Below, one piece after another: positions 24,663-37,115 of a stretch of DNA of 64,000 nt. The notes beneath the pieces are model-generated. The model did not search any database. It was given only the letters and a program-made list of their open reading frames with translations, and was not told where the DNA came from. Origin of the DNA: Heptranchias perlo (Eukaryota); the NCBI RefSeq assembly GCF_035084215.1, contig NC_090366.1, positions 3,534,001 through 3,598,000 of the forward strand. The letters run 5' to 3'. The position numbers were made by a program, and so were the translations under genes. Position 1 is the stretch's first letter, and every line of letters begins with the position of its first letter.

Positions 24663-27539
24663 TTATTATTCTGATCGCAACTTTTAGTGAGTTAGTGGTC
24701 AGTGGCGGACAATACCTATAGACTACTTAAATTATCCAGTGGATTCTGTCCTTAATTGCAGATGGATTTGGTATTCAACTGCCGAATGGAGCTGATATTT
24801 GCTGACACTAACACCGTTCACTTAGTGACGGGTCAGTGATGGAAAAATCCAACGACAGTAATGAAATCCCAGGAAATGTCACGATTTACCTGTTAAATGG
24901 AGTTGATATTTGCCGACACTAACGCCGTGCTGGTTTGCTGCAACACATGAGATCTGGTTTCCAGTTCTAGTTGGGTGAATCAATATCAGAGAGCTCTGCA
25001 CCAAGTGACCATTCACTGCCCAGGAGATAAATTAATCTGAACTGTTCCTGGTGATGTTTCTTCCATTGAGACCCCATGTGATGTTTGCCGGGCGGTTGGC
25101 TCTGACACCGCAGGTACAATCAATCCCACTCTCAGAAATGATGCAGTTCGGGCCTGATACTATTGAAGGTTTATCTAAAAAAAATAAGAAAAGAGTTCAC
25201 CTTCAGATAGCTTTCATCAAGCAGTTTGCAGTGTCTTAGTAGAACCGACTTGGACTTTTAGACTAACCAGAGAGGTTACTGCACAGCCGTGTTTAATTGG
25301 AGCCATTAAATGTTACATTCGTTTCATGGATCATCAGATTTTGCTTTTTGCTCAATTCCAGCAATCAATAAGTTCACATCGAACCAATGAGAGGTCATTT
25401 AATCCATTCATCTTCATGCTGTGGGCGATCACCCAGTTACAATATTGTAAAAATACCCGACTAACTCACCTCAACTGTCAGTATATATAAAGTTATACAT
25501 ATAAAGTTATACATTTCTACCTTTGTGACTGACTAACGTGTTCTTCCACTTCAGGGCCGCTGGGATCAATCCCCCGCACATTAATTCTGCAGATCCACAT
25601 CTCACATATTCATTAACTTGGTTTCAACCAGTCTGAGATACATTTTACCTTGTTTTATGCAATCGGGTCTCTGTTATTTAACAATGTTTTTTTACACGCT
25701 AAATGTGATCAAATTATCCTTTTACTAGCCTTTCTGTGACCATTACTGACATCGGCTCGTGAGAGAATTGTGTGAACATGTGGGAAATAACACCCATGCG
25801 TAGTCACTGTGGAACGGATCATTCATGTCCCTTTGTGCATTCAATAGGTGGAACCTCCAATAATACTCCATGGGTCTGGGAAAAATGTTAAGCAAAGTGA
25901 CTGACAAGAATTAGCTGGTAGACAGTTCGATTAATTGATGATCCGGTCGAGCTCTCACTACACTGAGAATAACAACAACTTTTGAACCTGTTTATCAACA
26001 AGTTAGTTGAATCAAGCATAGAGCGGGTATTTACATTTAACGGCCAGTGCAAGAGTTTCTTGAACAGTAGCTTCGACACCTTCAACTATAACTTTACATC
26101 CCAGAGTTTTCCCATGAAGGTCCGAGGATGGGACGAAGGTGAAAATGGATGAAACCCTCCGGGAATAATCCAAACCGTTGACATTTTGTTCGGAAGTTTT
26201 AGTCTCTGTCAGAAAAGGAAAGTAACCTTGATCATAAGTCCACTTCAGCTCAAGGTTGGCGGATGGGCAACTGTGGGTGATCGAGCAGGTCAGTTGCGCT
26301 GGTTGTCCAACAACCAATTCCCCAGAGACCGATACATTTAGTTTTTCTGTACGGGGAGAAGGAAATTCGCGTTACAGTGGATTTCAATTTTGAAAATGGC
26401 CAATAGTGTGAAAGGCGATTCAATCCAAAGACTGAGAAAATATCACCATGAAAATGAATTCTTTTCTTTTCCGCCTGCTTTCAGCTGCAGGCAAAGATGC
26501 CTAAAGTCAATTACTCCTTAATATTACTGAACTAATCAGATCATATATGCACTCAGCCGCTTTATCACTCGAATTATTCACGTTATTGGCCAGTGAATTA
26601 ATTTCCACACATCCACTGCGTTGCTGACAACTCAAAATGAGCTCTTCAAATATCAGCAAGCATTAAACCCGTTCATGCCTCATTGGGTAAATTAATTCTT
26701 TGATGTGATACTGAACGATTAGGCCAGCCCGGTCCCACATTCTATCCCAAGTCTGTGGTTGGGATAGAATCTGGTATCTTCTTTGCCCGAACTGCTTCAA
26801 AGAAACGATGGTTGAAGACAGTCCTGACGGGGAACCGAGAGCCTGATAAAATCTTACGGGAGGAAACAACAAACAGGGGCCTGTCCTGAAAAAGTCATGC
26901 AGTCTTCAGCGGAAATATCATGCTGGTGGTGTGCGATGGAATCAATAAATAAATCAGAATTGGAAATCCGGTCAATTGTCGCATAGGCATTTGGTTATTA
27001 AATATTGAAAGACAAATCTCAGTCCCAAACCTGCGGGGACTCGGGGAGATCTCTGTAAAACTTAATCTGTCGGTGATGAGGAAGCGAAAATTGTGAACTT
27101 ATATTGTTTAATATTGGGAGAAAGGGTCACATTTAGTCGTTTTATCTTACTGGGAGTTGCCCTGTGGATTTTCACCACCCATCGGTCATTAGGTATTTTG
27201 AGAAATTGCTTTGTTGAAAATTGTACTTGGACGATTGGAAATTGGTCCTTATTGGCCCTGTCTTTATTATGATAATGGACTTAAAATTATCACTTGGGAT
27301 AATAGCAGAAGACGTTTCTGTCTAATTTCTTGCCACGCCGTTTTAGTGAGCTTTTCTCCATCTATTCTACATTTCAGCTAAACCTAAGCATTCAATGGCT
27401 CCAAGTGCATGGTGTAATTTCGCAGCCCGTGAGCTCTTTAACGAATTTGTTTGAGTCGGGTTACTGGGATAAATAACCCGCAGTCGTTATTCATGCAATC
27501 TTTATGACCAGTGCGGTGTGACAATACATGGGAAAACGT

Positions 27540-27820
27540 ACAAAGAGACTGGTCCATCTGCCTCCCATTGGGACTATTCAAAGTAAAGCAGGGATGTTCT
27601 CCCCGCTGTCTTGGCTAAAATATATCCACCAAGCAACTCCTAAAAACAGATTTCCTGGTCATTATGTCATTGCTGTTTGAGAGAACTTGGTGTGCGAAAA
27701 TTGGCTGGGGGATTTTCTACATTACATTAATCATTACATTTCAAAGTACTTCATTGGCTGTGAAGCGTATTGGGATGTCCTGATGTTTTGAAACTCCATG
27801 TATCAATTCAATCTTTATTT
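27540..27820 (+). mobile_element. Deu-SINE 3' portion
   Basis: gcagggatgttctcccc..ttgctgtttg..aaattggctg..tacttcattggctgtgaagcg matches the SINE at 15980. Confidence 0.65.
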
Positions 27821-30729
27821 TTTTTTATTCCTTTATGATATTGAGACCTGTAGGTGATGTTACCAGAGAAATCCCTCCCGTGTTTAAACCATGTCCACCT
27901 ACCCTTCCTTCAGAATTGCAAACGTTGACTTAGTTTTGCGCTTCAATTATGGATTGAATTTTGACCCGCCGTTCTGTACGGTTCAATACAACATCTAACG
28001 TTGCACTTACTAACCTAACAACGCGGAGCGCTTCTGTAAGTTTTTAAGAATACCTATGCCATTTTTCAACTCAAGTCAAAACATAATCCTCACCTGGGTA
28101 TTATTCAATGGACCAGCCCGGCAGCTATAGCCAGTGACGAAGGCCAAAAGTATCAAGATATTTTTCCATTCTAGGCTTAAATTAAATGGCACTGAGGAGA
28201 CGGAGTATAAACTAAAAAAGGAACAAATGAAAAAAATCTTACCTAAAATATAAAGACTGACGTGAGATGCGGATGTGTTTGTTCTATACTATTCTGGGAT
28301 TTGCTGATCTTCGGTCTAAATAATAGTCACCTTCATCGCTCTTCCTGATATCTTTTATCCGTAAGAAACATTGTTTCCTTGCAAAGTTGCCGTTCAACTC
28401 AGTTCGTCCTCGATAATTAAAGTTTATTTTGTTTAAATCTCGGGGATCATGGACAATAAAGACCCCCTGGCTACGAGGATCAGAAACCCCCTTTAACCAC
28501 ATACCCCATGGACTGTGGCCAAATGTACACAAGATCTCTGCACATGAACATTTCACTGCTGACACAAACCACGGCATCTTCACAGACCATCGTGAACAAA
28601 GGACAACTGATGAAAAATAGAAATTAAACACCCATTGAAATCCCTAATAACATACCAATTGCAACATCCCATGACATTCCAGCTAAGTACTGTTAAAAAT
28701 AACCTTTAAACATTCACGAACATATTCATTAGTATGTCTATTAAAGCGTGTGAAATTATCACTAAAACTCTTTAAATTCCATCAAAATTTCGATTACAGT
28801 CGAACAAAACAGAAATATTCAAAAATATCCTACTTAAATACAGAATAAAAGTCCGAATACAATGTACCTTAAATACCCACTTCTGAATTTACAAATCACT
28901 AAATAACCATACACGATTTGAATCACTAATTACCTTGTTATTTTGCAATACAAGTTATTAAAAAGAATATTTTACCTTCGCTAAATATCAGGATGAAAAT
29001 AACCATAATGCTCTTCATGACTATCACGGTGTTTCACTGTGTCAAAATGAACAAATAAAAACGACCTCAGATCGAAGATTAATTACGTTTCTTGACTCCG
29101 CTCGCCGGTAATATACTGGATTTCAATATCAGTATGTCCGGAGGTCAGCAGTTCGGCACGAACCAATCCAGGCCAACCGTGATAGCTCACACAGCTTGCA
29201 ACATTCCTCCACTCTGGGACAGTTCGACGATGACAATGTGACTTCAGTGTGTGGCCCGCAGTTCCAGGACGTGATAACTCCAAACTACTGCTAAATTCAG
29301 ATAAATGCCTCCACCTCATTATCTGCACAGTTACAGGGCAGGCGATGGCATTTTAAATTGCAAACTCTAAAATAATCTTCTACACCAAGTGTTAGACGCC
29401 CACACTCACAACTCCCACATATTTAGCTAATTTTCAGCACTTGAGCTCTGAATGTTTGAAATGTGCAGCTGTGGTTAGTTCTGTAGCCGCTGTCTCCAGA
29501 CATGTGGGTTTATCATCTTCAGTAGTTTGGGGCGTAACACGCATCTGAAATATCAAAGGCACAAAAGTATTTGTCAGTAAACAGTTTCAGACGAGCAAAC
29601 CGCCGTTTTTCGAAGTGACCTCAAGTATTTATATTCACAATCCAGAGATATGAAATCTGCTGAAATTAACTCATTTATATCCCAGTTGCTTCAATAACCC
29701 GTTTATGATTTTTCTGATGCTGGATCTGGGACGCATGGCTGGATCTTATAGATTCGTGTGTCAGTGCTACAGGAAACAAGATATTTTTATCTACAGAATT
29801 AAATTCCTTCAAATTGATCAGTGAGAGCAAATCTTAGATCCAATTAAACACCGCCCATCCTCAACTGAGCGCTTTTTCAGATTCGGTTAAGAGGAAGAAT
29901 AAGTTCAGACCAGTTGGACGGTAAGAGGCCCGTATCACCGCTGCCTTGGACACGGCGTTAGTGATCAATAAATATCTTAAATTATACGTTCCAGTAAAGC
30001 GTCGGATGAGCCTCGTAGAGTGTGCTCAACTCACTTATTCCATTTTCTGTTTCACAATTCCAAACCTGAAATCCGTTCCACTTTCATGAGGAAATCGCTC
30101 ATTTTCTGCCGCACTCTCAAGTGACCAATTTTTGCACGTTCTAGTCATACTTATTGGACTTCTCGACACGGGAAACATAATTCACTCTCCGCGATATCCC
30201 CACGCCCACAAGGAGAAGGGTCACGGCAGCCAGGCGAGATAAATCTGGACTCTTGGACATCCCGTGAACCCAAAGGCTTGTAGCAAACCAGAAAATGCTG
30301 GAAAGACATTACAGGTCAGTCGCTATCGGTAGGGGAGAAGAAATTCGTAAATTTTGGGTTAATAGTTCATCAGAATTGAAAGCAAGCATTTTAGTAAAGT
30401 GAAAGAAAGGAAGTCTTGACGAGAACGATGTCTCACATTACAGAATGGCGACTAATCGTTTACAAATCGGTTACTTGAAATCTATTAGGAAATATAAAAT
30501 ATCATCGGGGAGTGAAAGGAAATACAATATACGAACGTAGGAATGTGTAAGTATTTCAGCGGATGAAAATTGTCTGCGAGGAACAATCAATGTGGAGCTC
30601 TGAATTTAACTATTTGAGCCTTCTAGGATGTACACGCACTGGACCGAACATGCAATGGCAGTTTCCCTGAAATATCTACGGTTTCAAGAACTCTGAAAAC
30701 GGAGCGCTAAATTCTCGGGAGTGACCGTG

Positions 30730-31005
30730 TACCAATCCAGCTTCCCTTAAATGCATCTGTGCTATTCTCCTCAACCACTCTTTGTGGCAGCGAGTTCCAC
30801 ATTCCAACGACTCTCTGGGTAAAGACGTTTCTCGTGAATTCCCTATTGCATTGATTAACGACTATCTTATATTTATGTCACCTAGTTTTGGACACCCCCT
30901 TAGGTGAAAACATCTTCTCCACATCTAGACTATCAAACCCCTTCATAATTTTAAGGACGTCAATTAGGTCTCCTCTCAGTCTTCTCTTTTCCAGAGAAAA
31001 TAGAG
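30730..31005 (-). mobile_element. CR1 3' fragment
   Basis: Similar to 4385-4600 (ccagcttcccttaaatgcatct..gagttccacattc..ctctctgggtaaag). Confidence 0.7.
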
Positions 31006-31034
31006 AGTGTAGGAGCGTGAGTAAGTACAGATGC

Positions 31035-32190
31035 GTGCTCAGATCCATGTCCAGTTCAGCTTTACTGACTAGCTTAGGGAAGTGTGTTCAGATCCAGGGC
31101 CCAGTTTGGATTGACTGACTAGTTTATGGATCTGTATTCAGATCCAGGGCAAGTTTGGTTTTACTGACTAGTTTAGGCATGTTGGTTCAGATCCAGGTAC
31201 CAGTTTAGTCCTACTGACCAGTTTAGGAATGTGTGTTCAGGTTGAGGGCCAGTTTGGTTTCACTGACTAGATTAGGGATGTATTTTCAGATCCTGGCGCA
31301 GTTTTGCTCTACTCACCAGTTTAGGCATGTGAAATCTCATCCAGGGCCCAGTTTGGTTCTACTGACTAGCTTAGTGATGTCGGGTCAGATCCAGGTACCA
31401 GTTGAGTCTTACTGACTAGTTTAGGGATGTGAAATCAGATCCAGATCCCAGTTTGGTTTTGCCACCTAGATTCGGGATTTGTTTTCAGATCATGGCCCCA
31501 GTTTGGTTCTACTCACTAGTTTGGAGAAGTGAGATCTGATCCAGGGCCCAATTTGGTATTGCTGCCGAGATTAGGGGTGTGTGTTCAGATCCAGGTCCCA
31601 GTGTGTTTTTACTGACGAGATTAGTGATCGTCTCAGGTCCAGACCCCAGTTTTTTTTTTGCTGCCGAGATTAGTGATTATTTTCAGAGCCAGGGCCCAGT
31701 ATGGTTTTACTGACAAGATTGGGGATTGTTTTCGGATTCAGGGCCCAATATGGTTTTACTGACTAGATTCGGGATTATTTTCAGATCCCGGTTCCAGTGT
31801 GGTCTTACTGACTAGATTAGGGATTGTTTTCGGATCCAGGGCCCAGTATCTTTTTAATGACTCGATTTAAGGATTGTGTACAGATCTCGTGTCATGTGTG
31901 GTTTTACTGACTAGGTTAGGGATTGTTTTCGCATCCAGGGCCCAGTGTGGTTTTACTGACAAGATTAGAGATTTTTTACAGATCCCGGGTCCAGTATGGT
32001 TTTACTGACTAGATTAGGGATTGCTTTCAGATGCAGGGCACAGTATGGTTTTCACTCACTAGTTTAGGGATGTGTATACAGATCCAGGGCCCAGTTTGGA
32101 TTTATTGTATTTTTTAGGTGTGATCGTTTATTAATCCAGGGCCCAGTTTTGCTTTACTGCCAAGCTTAGGGATTGTGTTCAAATGCAGGC
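31035..32190. repeat. 48-50-bp tandem satellite (about 23 units), consensus ~CAGATCCAGGGCCCAGTTTGGTTTTACTGACTAGTTTAGGGATGTGTATT
   Basis: Recurring cagatccagggcccagt..tactgactag at ~50-nt period, shifting to ~48-nt units in the distal half. Confidence 0.9.
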
Positions 32191-32888
32191 TCCACTCAAG
32201 AACCAGTTTGCTCTGAGGCTGACAGCTGAAGTGGTGTGTGGTCAGCCCAGGGGCTCTGTCATCTGATGCTACCTCATTGTCTCGGTACTGTTCACATTGG
32301 AAACGAGTTAGTGTCTCACACTGTTCTCATTGAGTGTGGCTGCACCGGGGTGGGTTTATTTACACCGTGGGCCAGTACAGCTCCAGAGCTGAGATGTAAA
32401 GAGCTCGGTTCTATTTAGAGCCCAATTAGTTGTGGGCTGTACAGCCCATGCCCCGCTGCTATCTATGACGTTCTTGAGGTGTGAATCATTCTAGCAATTG
32501 AACCAGAATGAGCTTACTTGTGGTCAGGTAACATCCGGTTATAGTATGTGTTGCATCGTGAAAGGAGCTGTTGTGTTTTCAGCTGAATGTTTAAAGTGTA
32601 ATGCAAAGTGAGAGTTCAGAACTTGAGTATTCATAATATATCTGCATCATTAATAATACCTGCTAATAACAATGGCGTTATTAACGTGTCAGCTGTGGTT
32701 CAGTGGGTAGCGCAGCATCAGGCACAACTGTGAGCATGTAACACCGTCCAAGGTGGATTTCTACCCCTAACATGTTCTGAAAAGGATGGATGCATTGGGA
32801 AGGGAGGCGAACAATCAGTTTTCTGGTAAATAGTAACAGACCCCCCGTGTGCTGACAGTGTGTGGCTGGATCAATCACAGCAGACCTA

Positions 32889-35443
32889 CGGGAAATTGAG
32901 GAGCAAATATGTAAGGAGATTACAGACAGCTGCAAGAAAAATAGGGTGGTAATAGTAGGGGACTTTAACTTTCCCAACATTGACTGGGACAGCCATAGCA
33001 TTAGGGGCTTGGATGGAGAGAAATGTGTTGAGTGTATTCAGGAGGAATTTCTCATTCAGTATGTGGATGGCCCGACTAGAGAGGGGGCAAAACTTGACCT
33101 CCTCTTGGGAAATAAGGAAGGGCAGGTGACAGAAGTGTTAGTGAGGGATCACTTTGGGACCAGTGATCATAATTCCATTAGTTTTAAGATAGCTATGGAG
33201 AAGGATAGGTCTGGCCCAAAAGTTAAAATTCTAAATTGGGGAAAGGCCAATTTTGATGGTATTAGACAGGAACTTTCAGAAGTTGATTGGGAGAGTCTGT
33301 TGGCAGGCAAAGGGACGTCTGGTAAGTGGGAGGCTTTCAAAAGTGTGTTAACCAGGGTTCAGGGTAAGCACATTCCTTATAAAGTGAAGGGCAAGGCTGG
33401 TAGAAGTAGGGAACCTTGGATGACTCGGGAGATTGAGGCACTAGTCAAAAAGAAGAAGGAGGCATATGACATGCATAGGCAGCTGGGATCAAGTGGATCC
33501 CTTGAAGAGTATAGAGATTGCCGGAGTAGAGTTAAGAGAGAAATCAGGAGGGCAAAAAGGGGATATGAGATTGCTTTGGCAGATCAGGCAAAGGTGAATC
33601 CAAAGAGCTTCTACAAATACATAAAGGGCAAAAGGGTAACTAGGGAGAGAGTAGGGCCTCTTAAGGATCAACAAGGTCATCTATGTGCGGAACCACAAGA
33701 GATGGGTGAGATCCTGAATGAATATTTCACATCGGTATTTACGGTTGAGAAAGGCATGGATGTTAGGGAACTTGGGGAAATAAATAGTGATGTCTTGAGG
33801 AGTGTACATATTACAGAGAGGGAGGTGCTGGAAGTCTTAACGCGCATCAAGGTAGATAAATCTCCGGGACCTGATGAAATGTATCCCAGGACGTTATGGG
33901 AGGTTAGGGAGGAAATTGCGGGTCCCCTAGCAGAGATATTTGAATCATCCACCGCTACAGGTGAGGTGCCTGAAGATTGGAGGGTAGCAAATGTTGTGCC
34001 TTTGTTTAAGAAGGGCGGCAGGGAAAAGCCTGGGAACTACAGACCAGTGAGCCTGACATCTGTAGTGGGTAAGTTGTTAGAGGGTATTCTGAGGGACAGA
34101 ATCTACAGGCATTTGGAGAGGCAGGGACTAATTAGGAACAGTCAGCATGGTTTTGTGAGAGGAAAATCATGTCTCACGAATTTGATTGAGTTTTTTGAAG
34201 GGGTAACCAAGAAGATAGATGAGGGCTGTGCAGTAGACGTGGTCTACATGGACTTCAGCAAAGCATTTGACAAGGTACCGCATGGTAGGTTGTTACATAA
34301 GGTTAAATCTCATGGGATCCAAGGTGAGGTAGCCAATTGGATACAAAATTGGCTTGACGACAGAAGACAGAGGGTGGTTGTCGAGGGTTGTTTTTCAAAC
34401 TGGATGCCTGTGTCCAGCGGTGTGCCTCAGGGATCGGTGCTGGGTCCGCTGTTATTTGTTATTTATATTAATGATTTGGATGAGAATTTAGGAGGCATGG
34501 TTAGTAAGTTTGCAGATGACACCAAGATTGGTGGCATTGTGGACAGTGAAGAAGGTTATCTAGGATTGCAACGGGATCTTGATAAATTGGGCCAGTGGGC
34601 CGATGAATGGCAGATGGAGTTTAATTTAGATAAATGTGAGGTGATGCATTTTGGTAGATCGAATCGGGCCAGGACCTACTCCGTTAACGGTAGGGCGTTG
34701 GGGAGAGTTATAGAACAAAGAGATCTAGGAGTACAGATTCATAGCTCCTTGAAAGTGGAGTCACAGGTGGATAGGGTGGTGAAGAAGGCATTCAGCATGC
34801 TTGGTTTCATTGGTCAGAACATTGAATGCAGGAGTTGGGATGTCTTGTTGAAGTTGTACAGGGCATTGGTGAGGCCACACTTGGAGTACTGTGTACAGTT
34901 CTGGTCACCCTATTATAGAAAGGATATTATTAAACTAGAAAGAGTGCAGAAAAGATTTACTAGGATGCTACCGGGACTTGATGGTTTGACTTACAGGGAG
35001 AGGTTAGACAGACTGGGACTTTATTCCCTGGAGAGTAGGAGGTTAAGGGGTGATCTTATAGAAGTCTATAAAATAATGAGGGGCATAGATAAGGTCGATA
35101 GTCAAAATCTTTTCCCAAAGTTAGGGGAGTCTATAACGAGGGGGCACAGATTTAAGGTGAGAGGGGAGAGATACAAAAGGATCCAGAGGGGCAATTTTTT
35201 CACTCAAAGGGTGGTGAGTGTCTGGAACGAGCTGCCAGAGGCAGTAGTAGAGGCGGGTACAATTTTGTCTTTTAAAAAGCATTTGGACAGTTACATGGGG
35301 AAGATGGGTATCGAGGGATATGGGCCAAGTGCAGGCAATTGGGACTCGCTTTGTGGTATAAACTGGGCGACATGGACATGTTGGGCCGAAGGGCCTGTTT
35401 CCATGTTGTAACTTCTATGATTCTTCTATGATTCTATGATTCT
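32889..35443 (+). mobile_element. Young 5'-truncated CR1 LINE with uninterrupted partial ORF2 (endonuclease C-half, RT, C-terminus)
   Basis: 849-aa ORF 32862-35411 with GDFNFP, SDHN, KSPGPD, QHGF, DFSKAFD, GVPQGS and FADDTK; (ATTCTATG)n tail. The empty site is seen in copy A at ~5515-5522. Confidence 0.95.
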
Positions 35444-35636
35444 ACCGCGCCATCTATTTGTCACAGCCAGAAACTAAACCTGCATTCGAACTCGTGGCAA
35501 TAACTGTATTAACATGTCGCTAAAACACAGAGTGCAGAGGCAGGAGAGACCAGAGCGAGTCTCTCCCCACTCTGTCCCATGACAATTTGTGTTTCACAAA
35601 ACTGATTCTTACTAATTCGAAGCAGAAATACTCTTC

Positions 35637-36972
35637 TGTATATCAGTAGCACGTGTTCTTTGCGTATCTGAACCATGTGTATTTTGGGTATCTGCACCAC
35701 GTGTCTTTTGTGTAGCTGCAGCACGTGTTTTTTGTAGCTGTACCACGTGTTCCTTGCCTATCTGTATCGCGTGTTCTTTGTGTATCTGCATCATATGTTC
35801 TTTCCGTATCTGTACCGCGTGTCTTTTGTGTATCTGTATCACGTTTTCTTCTTGTATTTGTACCACGTGCTCTTTACGTATCTGTACCACGTGTTATGTG
35901 TTGATCTTTAGCACGTCGTCTTTGTGTACCCATTCCACGTGTTCTTGATGCAACTGTACCATGTGTTCGTTCTGCATCCGTAACGTGATGATTGTGTATC
36001 CGTACATGTTCTTTGTGTAATTGTACCACGTGTTATTTGTGCAACTGTGCCACGTCTTTTTTGTGTATCCGTATCCAGTGTTATTTTTGGATCTGTACCC
36101 CGTGTTCTTTGTGTATCTGTACCACGTTTTCTTATTGTATCTGTACCGTCTGCTCTTTATGTATCTGTATCACGTGTTCATTGTTGATCTGTACGTCGTG
36201 ATCTTTGTGTACCTGAACCACGTGTTCTTTTTGCATCTGTACCACGTGTTCTTTATGTATATGTACCACATGTTCTTTGTGTATCTGCACTAGTGTCTTT
36301 GTGCATCTGTACAACGTCTGCTTGGTATACCTGTACCACAAATCTATATGCATCTGCACCACATGTTATTTTCTATCCGAACCAAGTGTTCTTCATGTAT
36401 CTGTACCGAATGTTCTTTGTGTATCTGTACCAGGTAGTCATGTCGTATCTTGTGCCACGTGATCCTTTTATATGTGCACCACATGTTTTTTTGTGTATCT
36501 GGACCATGTGTTCCTTTTGTATCTGTAGCACTTGTTCTTTGTGCATCCGTGCCAGGTGTTCTATGCGCATGTGTACATGTGTTCCTTGTATATCTGCATC
36601 ACGTGGTGTTTGTGTATCAGTACCAAGTGTTCTTTTTGCATCTCCATATATTCTGCTCATACCTGTAACATGTGAACTTTGTGTATCTGTACCACGTATT
36701 CATTGTATATCTGTACCAAGTGTTCTTTGTGTATCTGTGCAAATGTTCTTTGGGTATCTGTATCTGCGAATCTGTACCAGGTGTGCTTTTATATCTACAC
36801 TACAGTTATTTGTGTACCTGTGACACGTGTGCTTCGTATAGCTGTTTAATATTGGTACCAAGTTTTGTTTGTGGATCTGTACCACGTGTCTTTGTGTATC
36901 GGTCCCTCCAGTTGCTTTTGCATCTGCACTATCTGTTCTTAGTTTAACTGCACCAGGTGTCCTTTGTGTTGC
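35637..36972. repeat. Expanded 24-bp minisatellite (roughly 55 units)
   Basis: Same unit as 8700-8920; produces spurious periodic ORFs on both strands. Confidence 0.9.
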
Positions 36973-36974
36973 AG

Positions 36975-37115
36975 TGTGGTCATTGTGAGAATGATCCAGA
37001 TAATAGTGTCGGGGAACTGATATCAGATCCAACTGTGCAGAACCAAGAAATTAATTATGCCACTGTGCACTTTTCAACTCTTCCTCCAGGGCATAGAGAT
37101 GAGACAATTTGTTGA
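36975..37115 (+). pseudogene. Terminal ITIM exon, copy B (apparently orphaned)
   Basis: Acceptor tttgtgttgcag| then CGHCENDPDNSVGELISDPTVQNQEINYATVHFSTLPPGHRDETIC*. A ~17-nt deletion versus copy A frameshifts the distal motif. Confidence 0.6.

Larger units (their letters stand above)
17177..29018 (-). pseudogene. Siglec-like gene A1 (disabled): signal 28976-29018, V-set 28243-28606, C2 26035-26346, Ig 24890-25174, TM 22682-22766, cyto1 19501-19588, cyto2 17177-17344
   Basis: All exons have GT-AG ends and compatible phases (1,1,1,1,2,0). The V exon is 364 nt, so frameshifted. TAA at 25032-25034 in the membrane-proximal Ig. The third Ig exon is absent relative to B1. Tail motifs VIYAAV, QYAN, VLYAAV and SEYGAI. 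Confidence 0.85.

Noticed and set aside
26663-26872. ORF conserved in both copies (also 63447-63656)
   Set aside because: Intronic between the V and C2 exons, with no Ig motifs or convincing donor; similarity is explained by the duplication.
31035-32190. Regular array resembling a CRISPR
   Set aside because: Whole units are homologous with no unique spacers, there are no cas genes, and the context is vertebrate: a satellite.
35509-37032. Many overlapping Cys/His/Tyr-rich ORFs
   Set aside because: Artefacts of the 24-bp minisatellite, whose period is divisible by 3.
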